The notes under the pieces: generated by a model
The model's input: only the letters and a program-made list of their open reading frames with translations
Told to the model about the DNA's origin: nothing
Databases searched by the model: none
Translations under genes and position numbers: made by a program
In this document: one piece after another, positions 11,690 to 24,399 of the stretch
Position numbering within the stretch: position 1 is the stretch's first letter
Layout of the letters: every line of letters starts with the position of its first letter
From: Jimgerdemannia flammicorona
Taxonomy: Eukaryota
Reading direction: 5' to 3'
Assembly (NCBI GenBank): GCA_003990765.1
Contig: RBNJ01000178.1
Location: 1 to 37,791, forward strand
DNA length: 37,791 bases

Positions 11690-14600
11690 TAACCCATCTC
11701 ACTATCCAATCCCCCTAGGGGGACTCCCCCCACATCTTCATACTTAAATACCACCTACCACTATAACTCTCCCCCCACTCTGCCCATAAATATTCTCCAC
11801 CAAACAATGCTGGTAACCTCCCTGTAGACCCCATCCCAACCACCAACCTATCAAGATATCCACCATCAATTCTACCCACCTTTGTCAGCCACTTCTCCAA
11901 ACATATATGCCTCTCTTCCTCAAAATCTAACAGCTAATGTCCAGCTAGCCCCATCTATATAGCTAAAACCCCACTAACAGTGAGCTACTTATTTTCAATC
12001 CTCTTCACCAATCTATCTCTCAGATTCTCCCATTGACTCCTCTCACTATCCCCCCTCCTAACAATATCCAATCAATTCTCAACTACTAACCAAAAGTCTC
12101 CAAGTATCTCACACTCTTCTAGTCAATGTTCTGGTGTCTGCACAAACCTCCCTTCCTATCCTACATTATAACACTCCTCACAATCAAAGCTTTTCCCCTC
12201 CACAAGATAGCCTGAATGAAAATTGAGCATAATATATTTCCTCAGCATGTACCACTAAACCACACAGTACTTAGGTGGTAGCTATCACTGTATCTCTACA
12301 CTCTAGGCCCAAACTCTATTTCAGTCTCACTCCTCTCCAATACCTGCCATCTGCCAGCCACTAGGCCATATATTCTGTCCCAACCCTCTCTGGTACTTGA
12401 CTGTATCTCTAATATTGAAGTCAATTAGGGGAGTACTCCCCAATAGTACTTGATCCTATCTCTATATTGACAGGCCCCAAATTATCTCTCCATCAGCCCC
12501 CTGCCAGTGAATATCAATATGGTGTACCCCATAAACTACTCTCCATCAGAAGCCTTTATACTACATGTACCCACTATTCTGAAGCCCAATCAAGGACAGT
12601 AGATCTCCTGTAGAGTCTCTTAGCAAGAACTACATCTCTCAGACCTTTTTCATCAGAGGAACTGAGCTATCCCCCCTCAGTTTCACAGCTCTCTTTATTC
12701 ACTAAGCTCTCAGACAATACAGCCTCTTTGGGAAGTCAACCAGTCCAAGGCCAGCTCTAGCTACTGGCAGTGACAAGATTTTCCAGCTAATCTAACTCCT
12801 CTTCCCAGCCCAGATCCAATATTTGGCCAGCTTCAATAGCCTCTTCATCACCTATCCTGGAAAGTCCAGATCATATACTAAATACCACAGCTTCAATAGC
12901 CTGTAGATATTCAAAATAGAGATATAACTTACTAAAGAGATGTGGTGAACTCCCCAACTCTACAGGACCTCCCCCCAAATAGCCACCTGCTGCTCCCACC
13001 AAGATCTCATAGGACTGATCCATCAATGGAAATATAGATACCCAAGTATCATACAGTATCTCCAGCAGAGATAATTGTTCCAATGACATCTCCTCCCACC
13101 AGGCCTTTGCCTAACACTATCATTTCATACTTGTGCCAATTGAGTTTAGCCCCAGAGTACACCTCATACCACTCTGCCATTCCCTGGAGTTCCTTGACAT
13201 TAGTGATTGATTTCAGGCCAACTACCATATCATCTGCAAAGGCCAAAACATTCCACACAATTCCAAATACTAAGAGCCTCACTATCTTTTGCTGAATTCT
13301 ACCCATCAATGGCTCTAAGGATAGAGCATACAAAATAGGTGACAGTGGGTCCCCCTGAGGAACTCCTCTACCCAGAGAAAATGCCACCTCCTGATGACCA
13401 TTATATATGAGCACCACTCTACTCCCTTCCAGTAGGCTGATCATTACCACTCAGAACTACTGAGAGACACTAATCTGATCCAGTACCTTCACTAATAAGA
13501 CCCACCTAACACAGTTATATATCTTCTTCTGATCCAAGAAGACTAATCTCCCATTCAGCCCACAGGTTCAAGCCCCTTCAATGATGTCATAAACCCAAGC
13601 TGTGCCATCTCTATTGAGCCAGCCCTCTACAAAACCTTGTTGCTCCTCACCCAAGATTTGCTGGCCCACCTTCTATAGCCTCACAACTACCACCTTAGTG
13701 ACCAACTTCCTGTCTATATCCAGGATCATGATAGGTCATCTGTTCTTCCAATCCTCCCTCCTGCTCTTATCCTTATATAGCAGTGCCACCAGCTCCAGAT
13801 CCTGCTTTCCCACTCACTTCCCTGATGGTAATACCAAGTTGCAAAGTGTCATCATCTCTCCAAGCAATCCAGGGACTCTAATAATCTTCTTCCAAAAGTC
13901 CCAGGGCAGACTATCCACTCCAGGTGCTGTGCCTAGTATAGTTGTGACAAGAATCTGTCTGATATCCTCCTCCTGTACTGCCATCATTAAGCTACTAAGC
14001 CAATCTACTTATATCCTCCAAAATATATTCAATGGTAGCAGCATTGGTCCCACCCTCTTCCTCACTCCACAGATAACTCTACCTCTCCTTTAGTGAGCCT
14101 AGAATGTTTCATGGAATATATACCAGCAGACCATCAGAATTTAGTATCCCCTTCCACCTCTGCCTCACTCTCCTTATCTAAAGAAACCTTGAGAGATACT
14201 TAGAGGGTCTCTCTCCCTCCTCCAGCCCCTGCCAGTATAACTGTACAGCTAAACTCTGCACCTGTATCTCCTCCTCCTCCCTCAACACCTGTTGTAACTC
14301 AGTGACCTCTAGCTTGGCCTGTATCAATCTTCAGTTCTCCACCCCCTCTAGGGCCAAAAGACCTGCATAATTTTTTTAAAGCTAAGCCAATCTAACAGAA
14401 GCCCAGGTCACCCTCCTCTTCCTCTGTCTTTCTGCCACCCTGCCAACCTCACTCCAGTAAACCCTAGCAGCCTCCTTCAATCTTACCTATTGAATACCAA
14501 CTGGGGCACTCTCATGTACCCAATTTTCTACTTTCTGCTGAATGTCCTCAGCCTAATTATTCCACAACTCCTTCTCAGCCAATAAAGAGAAATTGAGGTA

Positions 14601-16595
14601 CCAATGTCCAGGCCCATCCCCACTTCTCTCAAACTGCTCATGCTCTTACAAGCTCCAATTGTCTTACAATGGGTACCACTCAATTTCCAGAGACTTTCAG
14701 ACATCCTGACCCCAGCAGTCAGCTGTCAGCACCCAGTCAATTCTAGTCCCCAGGTCATCTACCCAATGAGTATAGACCCTCCTATCTCCCCACATCACCC
14801 ATACAGTATCCACTAAGGAACTAAGTCGCTCTACCTCCTTCCAACTCTCCAGACCACCACTTCTGCCCCTGCATTTCTCCCCCCATCTGTCCTGTCTAAC
14901 TGTACTAAGTGAATCATATTAAAGTCCCCTCCAAGCACCTCCACTCCTGCCTCTACAAGTACTCCACTATCCAAAAGACTATCAATCCACTCTATATGCT
15001 TGACCCTAACTGTAGGGCTGTACCAAGATCTAACTACAATCAACTCTTATTCAGGCTGACACCACTCTCCCCAAACCATATGATCTCCCCAGTTCCTGCT
15101 TTCCCATATTTCCCCTTGCCTTTTCCACACCAGTAGCCCAACCTTACCATTTCAGAATGCTGCTCCACCCCATTCCCTTCTCCACTCCTTTTGATCAAGG
15201 TCCTTCTTACATCATACATCTTATAAAAGAAAGATATCTGTCTCTAATCCTCTTAACCAAGTAAAAATATTGTGTCATCTCCCAGAACCTCCCAGACCAT
15301 TCACATTCAATGATAAAATGTTAGTTGTAATGGTCATAAGGAAGAATGTTAAAATAGATGCATCCTCTTTACAACTTTCTGTTCACTTTCTCTCTAGCCA
15401 AGTTTAGTTTATACTCAACAGCAGCCTCTGCTCTATCAACCAGCTTAGCTTCTAGTCTACCCAAGAGCTCATCTATTGCTGTATCATCCTTCAACTCCAT
15501 ATCCCCCTGATACTCTAAACAAGCCTCTTGCCAAATCTCCAATCCACTCCTCTACTCTAATCAGAAGACTGTATGCTCCCTAGCAGCCCTCAATATCTCT
15601 GTCTCTCTCTCACTATCTACCTCATAATTCTCCTCATCTAAATACACTGCTAGCACCTCTTTTACCAGAGCCTCTACAACACTATCTCTCTGTAGAATTA
15701 TCATTCAGTTTACCTTACTGATGACTTGCAAGTCCACATCTCCCAACTTCTAAGCCACTAAGTTGTTTATCACCCAGTATAGCCACTGTAAGTCCCCAAT
15801 TTCCTTACCCCCAGGTGTTACTAGCCAGCCAGTTCCAAGCATCACAGTGTCTACCCCAGTACTTGCAGACTAATCCCACTCCTCCTCAGAGACATCCACC
15901 AGCTCTTCCTCTTAGATCTCAACCATCTGCCCTGCACTTGCTACCTCTGGTATACCAAAACAAATGTGGCAAGTCCCCAACATCTCTACATCCTCACCAG
16001 CTATTGGCTGGACACCCTGATCCATCCTTTCCATATCTCCATCCTCCTTCCACACCTCCTGTATACCATTGTCATAGAGAGCCTGATCCCTCTCCTCCTG
16101 GCCCCTGCTTATATGCTTTGGTACTCTTCCAATCTCTACTTCTGCCCAGATACTCTCCTTAGCACCCCCAGCCTCTTCAACTAAGCTTGTCTTCTCCTTC
16201 TCCTTCTTCTTCAGACTCACCAACAGCTCCTTCTACCTCTTATGCCTCTGAGCCCTCACCAACATTCCCTTGTCTACCCAAATCTACTTTCCATCCACTA
16301 CCTCCAAGTACATCAATTCTACATAATTCTGCCATACCTTGGCCCACTGCTCTACTGCCCTGCTGAGCTCCTCCAGTATCTCCACCAAGTTCTCCTCCTC
16401 CTCAACACTTCTCTTTATCCTTATCATCTTACAAATAAAGGCTCCCCACATTATCATTACTGACCAATTCCATGCCTTCTCAGTAGACTTCTTCCCTGCC
16501 AGCCTAAGGCAAACATCAACATCCCCTATTCTAAAAAAGGTCCCCTCTCAGACCTGAAACCCAATATCCACTATCTCATCATACTCAGCCATAGC
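11690..16595 (-). mobile_element. LINE copy C (5'-truncated within ORF1; ORF2 ATG 15337; cut near the 3' end)
   Basis: Motifs GGDFN, GVPQGDPLSPILY, AFADDMVV and CEEC..H..EEC. Colinear with copy A. Confidence 0.9.
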
Positions 16596-16599
16596 ATCT

Positions 16600-17444
16600 A
16601 GTTATCTGGTATATGTGATGCTGATAGGCCATAGACTTAGATGAGCATCAATCTACAACTGGGTACCTCTTCCATATTGGCAACCAAGGATCCATCATTT
16701 CATAGCAAACACATAAGCATAGTTCTATGGCAATATCATCAATTTAAGTGGAGTACCAGGTATTGTCATTAGCAACAAAGAAAGTCATTTAGCTTTGCAA
16801 GCTTTTATAGAAGCTTGGCTTTACTCAGGGGAACTCTACACTAATCAGGTAAGACAACTAATCCATGATAATACTTGTAAGAATCTATTCAGTATACTAC
16901 AGCAGAATGAAAAATATTGATATACAGTATTATTTTATATGTGAATGTATAGAAAATAGCACTATATATCTAGAATACATCTCTATTGAGAATATGATTG
17001 CAGACTCATTGACCAAAGCCCTTCCAAAGCCCACATTCAAGCAATGTACTAAAGAAATAGGTCTTATGAGTTATACACCAGTATGTGATAAATTTTGAAA
17101 TACTTTTCAAACAGTAAAAAATTTCTACATTAATCCAGACTTATATTACTAGTCTTTTACTATATTCTTTATCTATTTTTATACTTATAAGTAGGGAATT
17201 TTAACCTTCTGTAGTTACCTAGATAGTATCCCATTAGTTATCTTTGGTTTACTCTAGTTTGCTTCTATTCTAGTTTGTATTCTTTTTTTTAGATTATATA
17301 TCTTATTGAGCAGAAGTATTGGGATAGCAACTCAATATGTCAGCATATAATCTTATACTATTCTATCAGATATATATCATTCATTAGTAATGCAAGAATT
17401 ATACAATCTAAACAACTTCAATAAAATTACTTCTCTTTACAATA
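16600..17444 (+). mobile_element. Ty1/copia 3' remnant (RNase H, PPT, 3' LTR ~17317-17444)
   Basis: ICDAD..DLDEHQSTTGYLF. ORF 16865-17098 KNIDIQYYFICECIEN..MIADSLTKALPKP. GAGCAGAAG|TATTGGG is a decayed PPT/LTR junction. Confidence 0.87.
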
Positions 17445-17619
17445 ATGACTACCTTTTTTCTCTCCTATATCCAAAACCTTCTACATATATCTCCTCTCTA
17501 CTCAGCTCTCTACAATATGTACTACCCTAACTTAAAATAGTTCTAAAGTAAAGAGATATAGAGAACTAATAATTCTACGAGCAGATATACTTGAACTCAC
17601 CCACTCCTTCCTCTAACTG

Positions 17620-18447
17620 AGGCTTCTGAGAGATTAAATAAGATAAAGTATTCAAGATAAAAAAATCTGCTATACTTTTCATATTAAGTATTTGCTATAT
17701 TATATTATATATTATATTTATTATATAAATAAGATATAATTGTAAAATATATACTTAATTCAATTCTCTTTGAAAGTAATATAAATTGAATTGTTATTAA
17801 TCGTAAATATCATTCAACCCTAATTAACCATAACTCTAATAACTTAATTTTATTATATATTTAATATAAATAAATTTATTGAAAGTAAATTTAATGGTCA
17901 ATAATTAAATATGACAATTTTAAAATAAAAATTTTAATATTTGAATATTTAAAAATATATAATAATATATATACTAATACATAATTAATTTGATGACATT
18001 ACTTATAATAGTTATATAAAGTGAGTTCTCAGGCCCAAAAAGTCGATCTTGTAGACCTTCTAGAAATATCTGAAGTAGTATTTTAAATTGAATTTGACCC
18101 AAATTTAATTTGATTTAATTAAATCAAAGGTATAATTTAATTTAGTTGAAATTAAATTAAAGACTAATTTAATTCAAAATTAATTTGAACTCTATTCTTT
18201 TAAAATATAATAACTCAACTAATTCATATCTAAATTTAACAGTCTTTAGTATGTTAGATTCTCCTAGTAAATTTAACAAGTTAAAGATTGTTAAATTTTG
18301 AATATATTTTTATAAAGTTATTATATTTTTAAAAATATTATTTAAGTCAGACTCTTAATTTGATAGGAATTCAATTTGATTTGAAATTCAATCAAATTGA
18401 ACAATCTCTAATTCAAATCATTTGGGAATACTAATCTCAAAGTAGGA

Positions 18448-18450
<3 letters not shown>
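17620..18450. repeat. Extremely AT-rich segment with short inverted repeats; possible decayed non-autonomous DNA element
   Basis: AATTCAAAT/ATTTGAATT-type motifs and a perfect 14-bp inverted repeat at 18202-18215 / 18316-18329. Confidence 0.35.
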
Positions 18451-18453
<3 letters not shown>

Positions 18454-18498
<45 letters not shown>

Positions 18499-18597
18499 GA
18501 CTCAATATCTTAGATTTTGATTTGAAGGAAACTAAGACTATATCAGTTAAAACCTTCCCCACCTCTACTCTGAACACCATATCTCCATTAAATCTAG
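18454..18597 (-). mobile_element. 3' end of a polyadenylated retroposon (41-nt poly(T) on +), cut by the gypsy LTR
   Basis: Pure T tract at 18454-18494, then ~100 bp unique sequence up to the LTR start. Confidence 0.55.
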
Positions 18598-19889
18598 TAT
18601 GATGAGCAGTAGAATTATACTGCCAAAATTATAAATTAGCTATATACTATATCTAGTACACTAAGTAACTAAGACTGCTTTATTGTACCAATCTATATAA
18701 TTAGCCAAAGATAGTAGAAACAGTATGTTTAACTATACCTGTCCAGTATACTATACTGAGCCAATATACTATATTAGTCTAGAATACTATACTATTCAGG
18801 AATACTTACCATATATAGTAATCTATAATTAGCAATATAGTAACCAAGTAGTAACCACAACAGAATAAAATACACCAGAGATAAAGTGAATAAACCTCAG
18901 TCCAAAAAGTTGAAGTTCAAACCAAAGCTAAAGCTACAAAAGATTGTGAGCATTAGTTCTGTTTTCTCCACTCCAGTTTACTTTCCAATATAAAGAACAA
19001 GTTCAAGAGTATTTGCTGCCTAAGTTCAAGGAAGAACTTTGCTGCCATTTGAGTAATCTGCTGCTTAAAGAATAAGCCACTGTTTTCACAAGAAGCCCAC
19101 TATAATTTTGGTTTATTTGCCAGATAAGTCTGAAAGCTCTTTTACCATAAAGCTAGTCTTTCAACATAGCTTTACAGTAAACTTATTTGTACAAATGAAG
19201 TCAGTCTTGACATAACTTTGCCAAGTAAAGAAGAGAAGAATCAGCCATTCTCAGAGAATCCATCAGAATCTTGCTACAAGCCAGTCTATCTAATACAACT
19301 TTGCAGTAGAGCCAGTCCCTCTGATGTAAATCTATGTAAACAAAGCCAGGCTTTTATACAACTTGCTAAGAATCTACAACATCTGAGTTATCTGCATCAT
19401 TCAAGTTACTCAAGTTATCAAGTTATCTACTATTCCCAGAAGAGCTTACCAATTTAGAAGAATCTGCACCATCTGAGTTATTTCCTAGAAATCTGCCAAT
19501 TCAGAAAGAATCTATATCATCAGAATTATCTGTATCAAATTAAGTTTTCTGCCAAATCTGTATAAATAATACTGCTAAGATCATCTTGCCAGAATCTTAA
19601 ACTTTTAAAGATCATTATCCTATATAGAGATTATCAAATAGAAATCACAAATGAAAACTGCTCATATCATACAAAAATTGTAACTGCTTATATCCAAGAA
19701 CTCATTCAATAAGAAAATTGCCAAAGTTGCTCACAGATATCCAGCTTTGACAATTATATCACTAAACACCAAGAACCTCAGAAATCTTAAAACATTTGGT
19801 TACTTTTTGACAAAGTAACTGGAGATTTAAGCCAAATTACATCAATCCCCAATCTTGTAATTTGCCTCTATTGAGCCAGGGATGTTATA
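18598..19889 (+). repeat. 5' LTR (~1.3 kb) with internal sub-repeats
   Basis: The first ~370 bp align to 31256-31594. The end is inferred from GTTATA (decayed ..ACA) directly before a TGG-starting PBS. Sub-repeats at ~18740-18800 and ~19380-19550. Confidence 0.72.
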
Positions 19890-19890
19890 T

Positions 19891-19908
19891 TTGGTGGCTC
19901 AACTGAGA
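19891..19908 (+). promoter_or_regulatory. Primer-binding site (TTGGTGGCTCAACTGAGA); priming tRNA not determined
   Basis: TGG-initiated segment directly after the inferred LTR end. Confidence 0.55.
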
Positions 19909-20511
19909 AGATTTTTGAAATTTACACTCAAAATCAATGTGACTTTTTGGCTCATAAGAACCCATGGTCTAACTGGATACATTTGATACAATACCAATCT
20001 CTGCCACCATAGAACCAGTCATCACCAGTATTTGGATGAGAAGAGAAGTAATCATCTCAAGACTTACCAACTACCCATTATCAAAAGGATCTCAACAAGA
20101 AGCCAGTACAATACAGAATCCCCAGTCAGTACCAACAGACCTATTACTAGACCAATCAGATCAACTAGATTATATTGAAAACCCTGCCAGAGTCTTTGAT
20201 GAGCTTGTACAATAACTTGAAAATCTCATTGAACAAGCCTAATTTCCTGCAGGAGACTTACTGATTTCACTCATTGAACCTCTACCACTAGCTTTCACAG
20301 AACAAGTAGGCCAATGAGTAGCTCCTTCAAGGATATCCAGACCTATTCCACCTCATTCAAGATCTCCAACACTATCTTCAGGATATCCAAGTGTCTCAAA
20401 CTCTAGTGATAATTTAGAAAGCAAATCAGAATTAAAACAGAAATCAGAATCAGCCCCAGAAAAGTACCAGAATCAAAGCCAGAACTAGAATTAGAAGACA
20501 GTGATGAAAAA

Positions 20512-21390
20512 ATGATCACTTCATTACCAATCTTTGCAGGATATCCAGAAGAAGACCCAAGTGAATTTCTTGATAGAATTGGAGAAATTTCTATATAAAG
20601 CTCAACTCAGAGAGCCAGCCAAAGGAATTTTCACTCAAGCAAAGAAATGATTTGCATTCAGACCTTGGAGAAGCCATCAATGTAGCACTAAATTCACTGG
20701 TAGAGTATGAAGCCATAATCCATTGGCTCATTGAGAAGTATGCAGGAAATGAGACTCATCACAAGGCTCAAGAATCCATCATAGAAATGAAGATGAAATA
20801 TTGGAGAATCACCCAGAGCCTTCTTTACAAGAATTCAAAAAAGAATGCATACTGTCAGGTTTAATGCTACTAACCAAGACATTATAGGTCCAATGACCTT
20901 CATGAATGGGATTTCTAGCAAAAATTGCTCAGTATTTCTACACCTTAGGCATCAGATGGTCCAAAGAATAAGTAGATGTAGTCCAAGGATTTTTCAATGT
21001 CAGATAAGGAACTATCTGAAGTGAACATATAAGAAATATGACAAAGAAGATATCCTGGTCAAAGCCCTACAAGGACTCCCTTTGGGACAGGAAAGATCTG
21101 AAAAAAGAAAGTCAGCCAAAGAATAGAAGGAGAATAGAAGTAAAATTCAAGACCTTAGTTCCAAGTTGGACCAATTGGTAGAAAGATTGAAAAACTCACC
21201 AAATATGAAAATTGGAGCTACCCATAAGAAGAGAGTACACACTACAAAAGAACCAAGGTTATCTACCCAGAGATAACAGGAGCTACCAGCAAGAAGAAAG
21301 AAGATAATCTGTCCAGGACAGAGCCCAAGTCCAATGCTTCCACTGTGGACACTTCAGACACTATACCACTGAATGTGATAACAAAAGAAG
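20512..21390 (+). pseudogene. gag: gypsy gag (capsid region and CCHC knuckle)
   Basis: LPIFAGYPEEDPSEFL at ~20525 and CFHCGHFRHYTTEC (CX2CX4HX4C) at 21335-21376. The ORF may begin further upstream. Confidence 0.8.
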
Positions 21391-21989
21391 TGACCAAAGG
21401 GACTCAGAACTACGAAATTGAAGAAATAAAATCCAGTATAAGAAAACTGAAGCCCATTCTGTCAAAGACTTTGATGAAGAAAGCAATAGTGAAAACTATA
21501 GTTACCTGGACTTGTACCCTGCCAAAGTCATTACTAGAAAGACAGTCTACCTAGTAGAGAAAAGGAAGAGACCTGTAGGAAGATCATCCAGAAATACCAG
21601 CAGAAGAATTTAGGGGAAAAATAAAGAGTATGAGGAGGAGTAAGTAGAATCACCTCTCTGGTCTCCCTCATCTTTTGTATCAGAAACAAATGAACTATCT
21701 TCAGAGAATGAAAAAATGAAGTAAGAATAACAAGAGCCTGGTTCCCCAAATTCAAAGAAGAAGTATACCCTGAAAACTATGTCCAGAGATATCTACAATA
21801 TATCCTGGCAAAAGAGTCAAGAAGCTAGGATAGAAGTTCCTCTCCTGCAGTTTCCACAACTGATACCAACTGGAGTCTGAAACAAACTGCTGAGAACTAC
21901 CAGATCTTGTACTGACCAAGTCCCCATCTCACAGTAAGAGCCAGCTCCCATCTCTATTCAAGCTGCAGAGAGATATATCAGCATCTACC

Positions 21990-22280
21990 TATATGAAGAC
22001 ATTGGAGGACAAAAAGCAAAAATTCTCATAGTCAAAAAAGCAGCTATTGGTATCATTGTCAAATGATTTCTGGATACCCTCCAATGGTCCATTGAAAGAC
22101 CATCCAACCTCAGCATCATAGTAGCAGATGGAGCCCAAACCGAATCTATTGAAAAAGTACAAACATCTCCATCTCTCTTAGACACATTCAATTTTCTATT
22201 CTGAAAGCTGTTGTCACTAAAGCTGTTACCTATGACATGATCCTTGACACCAACTAGATGAAGGAAATGAATGCAGTTGT
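21990..22280 (+). pseudogene. Retroviral-type aspartic protease, decayed
   Basis: IGGQKAKILI..AAIGII..LQWSIERPSNLSIIVADG..YDMILDTN*MKEMNA. The catalytic D-S/T/G-G motif is mutated. Confidence 0.7.
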
Positions 22281-23640
22281 TATATCAGTTGATAAGTACT
22301 CAAGTTTGACTACTAAGGCAAGAAGTACAGAGTTAAGGTAACCAGCTATGAGCAATGAAAGAAGAAGAAGGTCACTATTCAGGAAGAATATACCAGCAGT
22401 GAATAGTCTCCCACAGAAGATGAAGAAGAATCTAAAGAGAGAAATGATCCCAGACTCAATATCCAAATCAATCCAGTAGATGATAGGCCAGAAGATAATA
22501 TGTGGGTCAGAAATACCATCTCTATCACAATTGGAGCTATTGAAGGATAGAACAAAGGATGCTCCACTTGTCTCAAATGGCATAAGTGCCCCAAGCACTC
22601 CTCTAAGATCATTGGGACAAGGAAATCACCTGGCATAGCCTGCCCTGAGTGCAGAAGAAAGAAGAAGAAATGTAGACATGTTCCAGAAACATCTGCGGCC
22701 AAAACTGCAGAAGTACAAGTAATCTGAAGTCAATAATTATATAAGGAAGAAGAAATCTCTGAACAGGAGGTTCCTGAACAAGAAGTAACCAAAGAAGAGG
22801 AGGTCCCAGAACTCATTCCTTGAGATAATACTTGCTGAACACTACCAGAAGATAATGACCCCTGGAATGTTCAAGAAGGACCCAGTATAATCTGCATTAT
22901 TCCAAAGCAAGAAATATACCAAGAGTGAGCCTTTTGGCTAGAAAGATCTCTACATCAAATGGTCTTCCACTCTCCCTGAGACTATTGCTACCAGTGCTAC
23001 CTACTGGATCAATAAGAAAGTCAGAGACTCCAAAGGCTAGAACTCCTAACTATAGTTGTACAGACAACTATCTTCCAAGAAGTCACTATAAGATTATCAA
23101 GTCAATTTAGAGGAAAAGGTCTCTTTGTTCAAACAGAAGTATATCCCTTGGCTACTCTTCCCTCAATTTATGACCAAGATAGATATCAATTCTTAAGACA
23201 ACAGGAGATTAATAGGCAGAAACAGTATTTTTGAGCAATGAGATATTGTAATCATAGAAGACATCAAGACTGTTAAGATTACAGACACTAGAAGATTCAT
23301 CTCAGTCAGAATGTTGTAGTCTACACTCTAAAGAGAGGAGACAACAGAACCCAGATCTGAAAAAGTCAGACAAAGAAACCAGAAAGAAGAATTTTCAAGT
23401 ACTTAATTTGGAAGAAGATATCTGGGCTCTCATCAGACATACAATGCACTAAGGATGGGTAGAAGATGCCACCAATTTTATGGAATCTCTAGACCCTATA
23501 GGAAAAAGAGGAATCAACTATCTATAAGATCCCTCTACTGAAGCCAGATGGCTGCACCTCAACCTCAGAGCCTGGAGACTTTCTGCCAGTAGGCTTCAGC
23601 TTAAGAACAGCCAAAACTCAGCAAGGATGTTGCTCAGTAT

Positions 23641-24020
23641 GTTCTGCTACATCCTAAGGCCAAACCCCTGACCAAAGCTAACTAAGAAGATATAAGGTAT
23701 GACCTTGACAGTCTGGAGGATGAATGATGTTCAGAACTAGACTAGTTATGCAGCTATCTCAAGGAACTTACATCCAATAGACCTCAAGGTCTGGACTTGC
23801 CAGACAAGGAGTAACTGTAAAAGGAGGAACTATAGATCCAGGATATATAGGTAAAATCAAGATCATCCTGCACAACAGTGGTACAAAATGGTACTGTATT
23901 CTTAGAGGAGAGAAGATTGCCCAAGCAGTCTATATGAAAGTCAAACCCCACAATTACAAGAAGTCACTGAACTGACTGAAGGAATAAGGCAAGCTGAAGG
24001 ATTTGAAAGATCAGATAAGT
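23641..24020 (+). pseudogene. dut: Trimeric dUTPase domain in pol
   Basis: LHPKAKPLTKAN*EDIRYDL, SRSGLA, GGTIDPGYIGKIKIILHN, GEKIAQ and RQAEGFERS correspond to motifs I-V. Confidence 0.9.
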
Positions 24021-24399
24021 AGGAAGTACATCACCTTCAGGTCACTCACCTCCAGAAGAATGTTACCCAGTAAATATGTTACCAAGTAGTCAAACGGCAT
24101 AAGAACCTCATCCTAGAGCCTGGAGAGCAAACTACATTTGAAATCTTTGAACCATCTGACCCCAGGAATCTCTTCTTTGAATCCAATGAAGATATCCCAA
24201 ATCTGGATATTGAAGGACATACATTCTCGGATAAGTTGAATCTGATATACTCCTATTATAACCCAGAAGACAGTGAAGCCTTATACCAATATTGGAGAAG
24301 AATTGATACCTCAGCAATGACAACAACTAGTAGAACTCCTCAATAAATATCAAGATATTTTCACTACCAATTAGGGCAACCTACCATAAAACCCATCAA

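Noticed and set aside
22551..22735. Host Zn2Cys6 transcription factor gene
   Set aside because: Only a half motif, lying inside gypsy pol. Kept as an accessory-domain finding instead.
24050..24300. Second degenerate dUTPase (LILEPGEQTTF)
   Set aside because: Only one short motif, with no catalytic motifs visible.
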